Positions 1 to 10,626 of a stretch of 64,000 nucleotides of DNA are shown here, one piece after another. The stretch comes from Mobula hypostoma (Eukaryota). The DNA lies in NCBI RefSeq assembly GCF_963921235.1, contig NC_086097.1, positions 76,076,001-76,140,000 of the forward strand, given 5' to 3'. Position 1 is the stretch's first letter. Each line of letters begins with the position of its first letter. The notes under the pieces were generated by a model. It had not been told where the DNA came from. It ran no database searches and saw only the letters and a list, made by a program, of their open reading frames with translations. Position numbers and translations under genes: made by a program.

Positions 1-163
1 GTTTGGTATTTCTAGCATTTTGTTTTATTTCAGATTTACAGCTTCTACAGCTTTTTTCTTTAATTTTGATTTTGTGATTTGTTTAGGAATAGGCTTCAAA
101 TTCATTTTAATTTCAAATTGGAACTGTCAATGGCCCACACTTAGTCACAGGCTGAATGTGTAC

Positions 164-967
164 GTGTAAGCGGAACAAGTGCTACACATGCCCTTACACT
201 TCCTCCCTTACCACCATTCAGGGCCCCAAACAGTCCTTCCAGGTGAGGCATCACTTCACCTGTGAGTCGACTGGGGTGATATACTGCGTCCGGTGCTCCC
301 GATGTGGCCTTTTATATATTGGTGAGACCCGACGCAGACTGGGAGACCGCTTTGCTGAACATCTACGCTCTGTCCGCCAGAGAAAGCAGGATCTCCCAGT
401 GGCCACACATTTTAATTCCACATCCCATTCCCATTCTGACATGTCTATCCACGGCCTCCTCTACTGTAAAGATGAAGCCACACTCAGGTTGGAGGAACAA
501 CACCTTATATTCCGTCTGGGTAGCCTCCAACCTGATGGCATGAACATTGACTTCTCTAACTTCCGCTAGGCCCCACCTCCCCCTCGTACCCCAGCTGTCA
601 CTCATTTTTATGCACACATTCTTTCTCTCACTCTCCTCCTTTTTCTCCCTCTGTCCCTCTGAATATTCCTCTTGCCCATCCTCTGGGTCACCCCCCCCCC
701 CCGTCTTTCTCCCTAGGCCTCCTGTCCCATGATCCTCTCGTATCCCCTTTTGCCTATCACCTGTCCAGCTCTCGGCTCTATCCCTCCCCCTCCTGTCTTC
801 TCCTATCATTTTGCATCTCCCCCTCCCCCTCCAGCTTTCAAATCCCTTACTCACTCTTCCTTCAGTTAGTCCTGACGAAGGGTCTCGGCCTGAAACGTCG
901 ACTGCGCCTCTTCCTATAGATGCTGCTTGGCCTGCTGCGTTCACCAGCAACTTTGATGTGTGTTGCT
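164..967 (+). mobile_element. 5'-truncated Penelope-like element: GIY-YIG endonuclease end, pyrimidine-rich 3' region and hammerhead motif, with an 11-bp TSD
   Basis: ORF 156..569 reads CxxxxCxxC...VIYCVRCSRCGLLYIGET..RLGDRFAEH..PVATHF..EQHLIFRLGSLQPDGMN, a PLE GIY-YIG domain. TGAATGTGTAC is directly repeated at 153-163 and 968-978. Confidence 0.9.
868..903 (+). ncRNA. Minimal type-I hammerhead ribozyme motif (PLE-associated), predicted cleavage after GUC at 899
   Basis: AGTC-CTGACGA-A-GGGT-CTCG-GCCT-GAAAC-GTC-GACT. Stem I is AGUC/GACU, the CUGAnGA and GAAA core boxes are intact, stem II is a hairpin, and stem III is the loopless palindrome ACGU. Confidence 0.8.
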
Positions 968-1029
968 TGAATGTGTACATAATTTCTTTTAAAAAAATTT
1001 AATTGAAGAGGTATATTGAAGAGGTACGG

Positions 1030-1510
1030 AGGCCCAGGTTTTGAAGCTTATTGATGGGTATTGAAGGCCTCTTCTGCATCCTCTCCAACCAAAGATCCCA
1101 GCATTGACCCTTGCAGAAAACCACTAGTCATAGACCTCCAGTCAACAGCCCTTACTGCTCCCATTTGACCAAAACCGTTCCAAGTTTGATCTACCAAACC
1201 TCTATGGGTCTTGTGCTTTAATTTTCTGGATCGGCACACCATGAGGGTCCCTTGTGTAATGCTTCACTAAATTCCATGCTGATATCATCCACTGTACTAC
1301 CCAGAATGCCACTTCTTCAAAAAACACTCATTCAAATTTGTAAGATGTGATTTTCACCACATGCTGACTATCCCTAATAAATTTCTGCTTTTCTCAGACT
1401 CAAATAAATCCTATTTTAAGAACCTTAATAATTTCCTTACGACTGATGTAAGGGTCACCAGCTTATAACTTGGTTTGTTTCTATTGCCCTTCTTGAAATG
1501 TCGTACTGGC
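1030..1510 (-). mobile_element. Degraded CR1-like RT fragment
   Basis: Minus strand carries remnants such as WRSMTSGFLQGSMLG, matching CR1 RT motifs seen elsewhere in the window. Confidence 0.55.
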
Positions 1511-3028
1511 ATTTACTAAATTATTACTAATGATATATTAGAGTCCACCATCCTCTAAGGCAGGAATTTTCAACCTTTTTTATGCCATGGACCCTTACCA
1601 TCAACTGACAGACACATCTCCAAGGGAGTCACCAAAGAAGCCAATACAATGAGCAGGATTTCTTAGCAGTGTACAGAATATAAAAATCCAGATACATGTA
1701 TGCAGGTTGAAAGTAAAACTTGGCTACTTGTGGTATAAATATGAAAGTATTTTAGGCAGGGCACAATCGCATTTTTTTTTACCCCTCTCTCGTCCATTTC
1801 TGAAACAGGGCCTTCAATTTAAAACCTGAAAGACAAGTAACAACAGATACTGAATCTAAAACAATAATGGTCATAAAAGAACCAAACTGCTGGAGTAACT
1901 CAGCATTTATAGAGGCATAGGGATAATTGACTGTTTCTTTGTCTCCACAATAGATACCTGACCTACTGAGTTCTTCCAGTAGTCTGCTTCCCCATTCTAC
2001 CCCCCCCAATCCAAATGTTTTTCTTCCCTTAGAAATGCTAACCAACCTGCTAAGTGTTTCCAGTGTTTTCTGTTTTGTTATGTTAGAGATGGTCTTCTTC
2101 GGTATGCAGCAAGAACCATCATTGTAAGTAGAACTGGTGATAGATCTGATGGCAATACAAGGCCTTACAAGTTCCCACAAACAACTTGAGCAGGCATCAG
2201 ATTCGTATTAACGATTCATCATGGCTGTTGTAGCCATTTGGTCGAAAAATGTTTTTATATAGATTATGCATGAACTTCCAGTCAAGATGGCATCTGCACT
2301 AAATAAAATTAAAAATATAATTATGACTAGAGTAATCTTAGCCCAATGGTTATTTTGTGGCAATGTATTGTAGTTTTTTTGTTGTTGTCCTTCAAACAAC
2401 GCTACTAACACAAATCAAATATCATTTCTAAATTAGGGGCTAAGAGATGGCTTTATTAGTAATGACTTGAATATGATGTAGGCTTATCTTAGAATCTCAG
2501 TTAGTCAGATTTCATTGTGTGCTGTGGCTTTATTAGGAGCTCCTGGCATACAGATTCTTTGATAAGGTAGCACCATCCATCATTTTCGCTTGAATTTCTC
2601 AGGTTTGCTTTATTCTGTACAGTTTGTTTTTTTTTTGGTGTTCAGTGAACTGTAGTTTTCATTTATCATAACTTGACTTGAAGTGTATCCCCTCCATTAC
2701 CATAGAGTGCAATTGGATCAAATTGATAAGAGCTTGGGCTTTGTAAACTTATAAATCATCTTCAAAATCTTCAGTTACAGATACTTGATTGCAACTTTTT
2801 GTTGATCTACCCATTTTGATCAATGGCTTTAGTCTTTGCATTACTTACCATAAATGCAACTCCCTTCACTGTTTACTGTCGGCCCTCCTTATCCGTGAGG
2901 GATTGGTTCCGGGACCCCTCGCAGATGCTCAAGTCCCTTATTCCAGGGCTCCCCAACCTTTTCTTTGCATTGTGGAGCGGTTTAATATTGACAATATTCT
3001 TGCGGACCGGCCAACTGGGGGGGGGGTG

Positions 3029-6000
3029 ATTTTTTATTGAAGGAATGACACAATACAGAATATATAATGGATTACATTTTCCTCCATTTTGCTTTAGTAT
3101 CATACCCCCAAACAAACCTCCCCCCACCCGCCCTCCCCGAATGTATCATGGCAGTTAATGTATTTGTGAATTGTTGTGTTGTAAATATAAGTATGGACAT
3201 TTCACAACCATACCACCACACTACTTCAAGATGACAGCTCACACACATCTGCAACATGTCAGATGATCCAAAATACACTCATATTTACAATTCATCAACC
3301 ACCCTGTGAGGTAAATTATAAGTGTGTTAAATGGGAGGCAACTTCCCAAGTACAATCAAATGCCCTCAACTAGTAGGTAATTCCTTAAGACTCCCAAAAT
3401 ATGATAAGAAAGGTCCCCATTTCGAATAGAACTTTTTCACAGACCTCCTCAAAGTGAATTTAATCTTTTCTAATTTCAGAAAAACATTACATCTTCTAAC
3501 CAAGCAGCAGCAGTTGGGGGAGTGGCAGATTTCCAAACCAGCAAAATTCTCCTACGGGCCAATAGCGATGTAAATGCAATGATATCCGACTGGCTTGCAT
3601 TTAAACCCAAATCATCATCTGCCACACCAAAACAGCTATAAGTGGGCAAGGTCTCAGTGTCGCCCCCAAAACCTCACTGATAATTTTAGAAACCAGTGCC
3701 CTATAGTCATCAAGCTGAGGGCATGACCAAAATGCATGTATTAAACCAGCCGGAGAGAAGGAACACCTGTCACAGCCAGCGTCTGTCCCACGGTATATGT
3801 CCGCAAGTTTGGCTTTACTTAAATGTACCCTGTGTAAAACTTTAAATTCTATGAGCCCCAGTCTAGCACATGATGAGAAATGAACCCTATTCAATACTCT
3901 TGCCCAGTATTCCTCAGCCAGATCCATACAGAGGTCATCCTCCCACCTACTCTTAGTTTTGTTTAGATCTTGAACTCCCAAAGACATCAGCTGAGAGTAT
4001 AGTTCAGAGATCAGCCCTTTATTGTTAAAGCTAAGAGTGAGCTTTTCCCATAACATAGCAGATGGTAGATCAGGAAAAGAGGGACATTTTTCCTTGACAA
4101 AGTGGCAAATCTGCGGGTATTTAAAAAAAAAATGATTATGCGGAAGGCCATACTTACCGTGCAGGTTATCAAAACTATCAAATATGTTATCAGTATACAA
4201 ATCCTTAATGCGTGTAAGACCGTTCAAACCCCATTGTCTGAAAGCTGAATCGAATGGGGAGGGAGGAAATAATTGGTTTTTATGAATGGGGCCCAAAACT
4301 GAAGCTGATATGAACTTATAGTGGCGGCAAAATTGATTAAAAATTTTGAGAGTGGAGAGCACGACTGGGTTAGATGTAAATTGAGAGGATTTCAATGGTA
4401 AGGAAGAATACACCAAAGCTGGGAGAGACAAGGTGTGGCAAGACCGTGACTCAAGCAGGCACCAGACTATATCTGGCCGGTGGAGCCAAAATAATACTTT
4501 TTGAATGTTCCATGCCCAGTAATAATGAATAAAGCTGGGAAGACCCATTCCACCTATGTCACGACCTCTTTGGAGAGAGTGCTTATTAACCCTTGGGACC
4601 TTATTTTCCCAAATAAAGGAGGTTATAGCTTGGTCGACTGATTTAAAAAATAACTTAGATAAGAAAACTGGCAAACACTGAAAGAAATAAAGAAATTTAG
4701 TCATTTTCACTGATTGAATTCTCCCAGCTATAGTAAGGGGTAAACTGCGCCCTCTCTCGAAATCAGTCTTAATTTGGCTAACCTGAGGCCTGTAGTTAAC
4801 TTCAAACAGAGATGTAAAAGAGCGAGTAATATGTATTCCTAGGTATACAAAACCATCTTGAGACAAAGGAAAAGGCAAAGATTCCTGTTGGATCTGTAAG
4901 GCCAAGTTATTAATGGGAAAGCATTTGCTTTTTTGAAAGTTCCGTTTATAGCCAGAGAAGGCTCCAAATTGACCTAATAATGACACAATAGCAGGACTAC
5001 TACCTACAGGGTCGCTAACATAAAGTAAGAGGGATACACTGTGTTTCATGTCCCCTTTTCTAACACCTTGAAATAATGTAGTTGGCTTAAGTGTAATAGA
5101 AAGAGGCTCAATTGCAATTGCAAAAAGAAGAGGGGACAATGGGTAGCCTTGGTGAGTGCCACGTGTTAATGGGGAAATAGTCAGATCGAAAATAATTTGC
5201 CTGTATACATGCTAAAGGCGAGTGGTATAATAGCTTAAGCCAAGCTACAAATATTCTGCCAAATCCAAATTTCTCCAAAACACTAAACAAGTATACCCAC
5301 TCCACTCTATCAAACGTCTTCTCTGCGTCCAAAAAGATAACAACCTCCGGACTTGGAGAATCACTGGGTGAATAAACCACATCAGCCAGTCGACGGATAT
5401 TAAAAAAAGAATAAGCGATTTTTAATAAAACCTGTTTGATCGTGTGAAATTATCTTGGGAAGGGGACATTCTAAACGGTATGCAAGCACTTTAGCCAAAA
5501 TTTTCACATCTACATTCAAAAGTGAAATGGGGCGATATGATCCACATTGAGTCGGGTCCTTGTCCTTTTTAAGAAGTAGTGAAATAGCTGCTTGTGAAAG
5601 GGAAGGGGATAAGGAGCCGTTCTCCAAAGATTCCTGAAACACTTCTAGAAGGACCGGTATGAGCTTATCCTTAAATTTCTTATAAAATTCTATTGGATAA
5701 CCATCAGGACCTGGGGACTTGCCACTCTGCATAGCCATAATGGCATTATTCATCTCGTTCTGCCCAAGAGCCCGATCTAGGTTCTCCATCTCCTCTGGTT
5801 CAAGAGTTGGTATTTCCAATCATCTTAAAAAACGTTCCATATTTGTTTTATCTGAGGGGAACTCTGAGGCATACAGAGAGGAATAAAAAGTTGCAAAGAT
5901 GTTATTAATCTCTTTTGGATTGCTTGTCAAGTTTTGGTGTGTGTCTCTTTATCTGGCGAATAAGTCGTGATGCAGCTTGACGTTTCAACTGATGAGCCAT

Positions 6001-8814
6001 AAGACGGCTCGCCTTGTCACCATATTCATAATAGAGGCCACGTGTCTTAAGAATTAATTGTTCTGATAAGTTTGTAGATAGAAGACTAAACTTTGCTTGC
6101 AGATCAACCCAGCTTTTATATAATTCCACAGTGGGTGCCTCGGAGTATTTTCTATCCAGGTCCAAAATAGATTGCAATAACACTTGCATTTCCTTCCTAT
6201 GCTTTTTATTGGTGTGTGAAGTATAAGATATTATTTGACCCCGCAAGTAAGCTTTTAAAGTTTCCCAAAGTAAAGAGTACAATACTGACTCAGCTTTGTT
6301 AGTCTCGAAGAATGTGTCAATGTTAGCCGACGTATAACTACAAAATTTCTCATTAGAAAGCAAAAGGGGGTTAAGTCTCCACAGAGGCCGTTCTCTAACG
6401 TTTAAAGGAAAACATAGGTCCAGTTTCACGGGCGAGTGATCAGATATAACTATAGCAGTGTATTCAATTTGTCTAATCATTGGTATCAAGGAGTTATCTA
6501 TAAAGAAATAGTCTAGCCTGGAATAGGAGTGGTGAACATGAGGAAAGAAAGAGAATTGCCTAACTGATGGATTCAAAACTCTCCAAGGATCCATATAACC
6601 ATTTTGTTGCATAAACATCGAGAAGGCCTTTGCCATACCAGAAAATGTTTCCCTAGGACAAGACCTATCAAGCAGTGGGTCAATAGCCCAGTTCGAATCT
6701 CCGGAAAAGATTAGCTTATGTGTATTCAGGTTAGGTATTAATGATAAAACCTTATTTGCGAATTGGACATCGTCCCAATTAGGGGCATAAACATTTACCA
6801 AAATAACAGGTATCTGAAAGAGAGAGCCAGAGACTATAATAAAGCGACCATTAGGGTCACTGATTACATCAGATGGTGTGAACTACATTCTCTTGGTGAT
6901 TAATATTGCCACTCCCCTGGACCTACTATTAAATCTGGAATGAAAAACCTGACTAATCCATGCTTTACGAAGTCTATTATGGTCCTCCACTCTTAAATAT
7001 GTCTCTTGTAGAAATAGTATATCTGCTTTTAATTGTTTCAGATGAGAGAAAACTTTAGCTCTTTTAACCAGACCATTGAGCCCCTTTACATTCCAAGAAA
7101 TAAACCTCACAGGGTGGCCTCCATCAGCAGCACTCATGTTAACCATATCAAAAGACACACAGGGCCTACAATCCAAAACAGTGCGAGGGCATAAATTGCA
7201 CACAATAACACACAATGAAAAGAAAGTCTGATCAATCTGTAACACACAAAAGAATAAACTGCCATGGTAATCCCCCAAAACACTTCCCCCACCCCTTTAC
7301 GCATACAACAAAAAAACCCAATTAACCCCCAAAACCTAGATCTACCTCCCCAATTGAGGATGATCGCAGGCAGTACCCAACAAAAAACTTCCAAGGCGTT
7401 CTCCGTACAGCCCAACTTGCAATCTAGTCTAGGGTGGCTCCCCTCCTTAAAATTTATCCTATCACTTATACTACCTTTAATATAACATATAGGCTAAAGA
7501 TGACACAGGTCAAGCTAAGCATTAAAGACAAAAAAAAACACTAGGCAACTTAAACGCCCGAGATACAAATCCCAGATATTTACATTTTGCTGGTTGAAAG
7601 TTTTTGTTAATCAGTTTCGGCAGCATAGCAGTTCAACCCCATCGCATTCCACAAGTTAAACTGGAAAAAATGAACAAAGAAGTGGATTGTGAAAATTAAC
7701 AGTTTGCCTCGGCATGAGGCCCCTTCAATGCTGCGTGAATAACCTAAAAATAAAGTCATTGCTCTTCTCGTTCTTCTCCTCCCCAGCACGCATGGTAAAG
7801 CTCTTTGGCCGCCTCTGGTGTTTCGAAATAATGCTTTTTACCTTCATGCATGACCTGGAGCTGGGCAGGATACAAGAGGCCGAACCTGACCCCTTTCCCG
7901 TAAAGCAGGGATTTCACCTCCTTGAAAGCTGCTTGTTTTTTACCCAGCTCTGCACTAAAATCTTCATAAAAAAACACGCGGTGTCCGCGGAAATACAGCT
8001 CCTGCTTCCGTCTATTGATGATGCGTTGCTTATCTTGAAAGGAGTGAAAGCAAACCAGGAACGTTCTTGGTCTCATTTGCTTGGCTTCAGAGACACCGGA
8101 TGGTTTACATCCGACTCGGTGAGCACACGAAAGTACAAGAGGCCTTGGGAAAAAATTTGTCCCCAGCACTTCGTCAAAAAACTCGGTCATAAATTTAACA
8201 GGGTCTGAACCTTCCAAATTTTCAGGAATGTCGACCACTCTCAAATTGGATCTCCGCGACCGATTTTCGAGATCATCTAGCTTTCCCTTCAGAAATGCGT
8301 TTTCGCTCTGCAACGCTGCAATGGCGGCTTCGGCGCTCACCAGTCGGTCACTGTAATCATTCAGGCCATCCTCAACCTCACGAATGCGTTCGTCGTGCGA
8401 CTCGTAAGAAGACATAATTTGTTCCATGGTAGCATTCACTGGTGATAAAGCATCTTCAAAGTTCTCTTTTTAGGGCAGAATGCACCACTTGCGTCATGTC
8501 AATAATAAGTACTAAACGAAGCCTCTCCAAGTCATCGGGTAGCGCAGGTCCAGGTCCAGGTCCAGCAGCGTGCAACGGCGCCATTACTGTAACATCAGCC
8601 TTCTTGCTCGAGGCTTTGCTATCTTTTTCCCCAGTTTTACTTCGAAGGTACATTCTACTTGCCATTTCAATGTCCAGCTATGTCCCGCATTGTTCACAAT
8701 GGTAAATATTCAGTTATCTCGAGCATACAGCAAAGATAAACAGGTAGATTTTCAATAAAAATCGTGAGCCACACTCACATGCACCGACTCACGCCATACT
8801 CAACCCCGGAAGTC
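3029..8814 (-). mobile_element. Full-length, decayed L1-clade LINE: ORF1 about 8665-7756, ORF2 about 7140-3380 (APE, RT, CCHC)
   Basis: ORF1 coiled-coil/RRM (LENRSRRSNLRVVDIPE) has a 1-nt frameshift near 8458. ORF2 pieces include ISWNVKGLN, ILFLQETY, YSRLDYF, SDHSPV, KSPGPDG, YRPISLLNVDVKILAKVLA, LDAEKTFDRV and CDRC..HAFWSC. The 5' end reads GACTTCCGG; AATAAA and a short A-tail mark the 3' end. No clear TSD. Confidence 0.92.
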
Positions 8815-8831
8815 AACATGTCTTTTACAGT

Positions 8832-9324
8832 TAGGGTTGCCAACTTTCTCACTCCCAAATAAGGGACAAAAGTAGCAGTCAAATCCCGGGACACTTTACC
8901 TCAGGAGAGACTACCATGACCATGAAGCCTTGCGCGGGCACCTGTGTGCGCATGCGCGTACATGCCGATTTTTCCTCCCACAAATCGGTTTTGCCTTCAT
9001 CTTCCCAACTATACTGTACATACATTATTTCTACTTTATATAGGCTGTGTATTTATCATATTATTCCTGCTTTTACTGTATGTTAGTGTTATTTATTTTC
9101 GGTTTTATGTGTTATTTGGTATGATTTGTTAGGTTTTTTTTGGGTCTGAGAATGCTCAGAAATTTTTCCCATATAAATTAATGGTAATTGCTTCTTCGCT
9201 TCACGCCATTTTGGCACGAAAGGTTTCATAGGAATGTTCTACGTTAGCGGGGAAAATACAGGACAAACCAATATAGCCCAATATACGGAATGTCCCGGCA
9301 AATACAGGACAGTTGGCAACCTTA
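8832..9324. mobile_element. Small TIR element that itself contains a Tigger terminal fragment (about 8995-9258)
   Basis: 13-bp imperfect TIRs TAGGGTTGCCAAC / GTTGGCAACCTTA. The internal segment is the reverse complement of the left end of the element at 34640-36002. Confidence 0.6.
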
Positions 9325-10537
9325 TGTTCAAGTTCAACAGTGCGTGACAGGGAATGAGGAAAGGTGCAGCTGACTCGTATTGTTTCCTCATGGCCCGGTA
9401 GCACATGCTTTGCAGCCCAGCGGTTGGGGACCGCTGCCTTATTCAACCTGTCTAAATGCAGTGGACCTTAGGACCCAGTGGAACCCCGGACCTTACTTAA
9501 CTTGGCTCAGTGTGGTGGATATTAGGACTCGGTGGCGGAGCTCTGAATCAGCAGTATTTCTGTTCACGAAAATAATCATGATCGCGATTTAAAATAAAGT
9601 GGAAATAATAAAGCGATCGGAAAGGGGTGAAACACCATCAGTCATTGGAAAAGCGTTAGGCTACAGTCGGTCAATGATCGGAACAATTTTAAAGAACAAA
9701 GTGAGAAAAGCCCTGCCCCGATTAAAGCTACGATTATTACTAAGCAACGCAGTAGTTTAGTTATTGGGTTTTGGGTTTTTGAATCTTCACATCAACCCGG
9801 CACGGATGGAGAGCGTGCTCGGAAACGGTCTGTCACTGGATCGAACTCAGGAATTTCCGTTCCTGAGCCCAGTGCTGAAACATACGTTTCTTAAGTGTCT
9901 TATATGCATAGAAAGGTAAAATATATACTATATACTAAGACAAACATTTGACTAACTGACGCTAAATAATACCGTATGTACCTGTTCCCACTTACTGAGC
10001 AAGAGAACTTCTGATTTTTTTTCGATCCCAATCCATGATAACCTGCTGACATCCTCCCGTATACTTTAAATCATCTCTAGATAACTTATAATACCTAATA
10101 CAATGTAAATGCTATGTAAAATAGTTGTTATTCTGCATTGTTTAGGGAATGACGAGGAAAAAAAAGTCTGTACGTGTTCGAACAACAAGTGCTGGAAGAG
10201 CACTTCCAGGGTTTCTCAATTCGTGGTTGGTTGAATTCGCGCATGCGGAACTCGCGGATAAGGAGGGCCGACAGTACTTGTCAAGTAAAGCAACTTAAAG
10301 TCCTATGGGCTAGCGCATAATTTTTTTTCCATAGACTATGCTCGAAATCTTAGGAGTTTGCAAATCAAATGCATTGTCAAGTGTGTAAAGGAATACACTT
10401 GGAATTTAACCAAAGTTATAATTTTGTATGTTATGTGTTTTTTTTTATTATACGTGCTATCTTGGGGAATTTTGGTATTCAGTAATATTTAATTTGAAGC
10501 AAATTGTGGAATCAGTTTATTTTTGTTTTGGATTTAG

Positions 10538-10626
10538 GACAAGAAAATAACGTACAGTGGTGTGTTTGGTACCCCTCTGCATGCTCTTCCACAATGCACT
10601 CTCCTTGAACGTGCCAGCATTCCTCA
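10538..10626 (+). CDS. ARHGAP11A: ARHGAP11A exon, 89 nt ([29 protein letters not shown])
   Basis: tttag|GAC acceptor and CA|gtaagt donor; VFGxPL motif at the start of the RhoGAP domain. The 5' boundary is less certain because the upstream exon is absent. Confidence 0.85.

Larger units (their letters stand above)
2944..9436. mobile_element. hAT (Charlie-like) non-autonomous element inserted in the Tigger element
   Basis: TIRs CAGGGCTCCCCAACC / GGTTGGGGACCGCTG and a perfect 8-bp TSD CCTTATTC at 2936-2943 and 9437-9444. Confidence 0.88.
2876..10274 (+). mobile_element. Tigger/pogo-type (Tc1-mariner superfamily) non-autonomous element, outer layer of a nest
   Basis: 24-bp TIRs CTGTCGGCCCTCCTTATCCG(T/C)GAG with one mismatch and TA on both sides (2874-2875, 10275-10276). 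A CENP-B-like HTH remnant KVEIIKRSERGETPSVIGKALGYSRSMIGTILKNK lies at about 9595-9705. Confidence 0.88.

Noticed and set aside
156..569. Stand-alone or domesticated GIY-YIG nuclease gene
   Set aside because: It lies inside a TSD-flanked truncated PLE, and the start codon is supplied by the target site.
363..980. 205-aa minus-strand ORF
   Set aside because: Antisense of the Penelope pyrimidine tract and endonuclease; low-complexity G/R/E composition.
2087..2129. Possible small exon (tag|AGATGG...ATT|gtaagt) as the missing first ARHGAP11A exon
   Set aside because: Only 35-37 nt, no in-frame ATG for a phase-0 join, no convincing similarity to the ARHGAP11A N-terminus, and the acceptor lies in a repeat tail.
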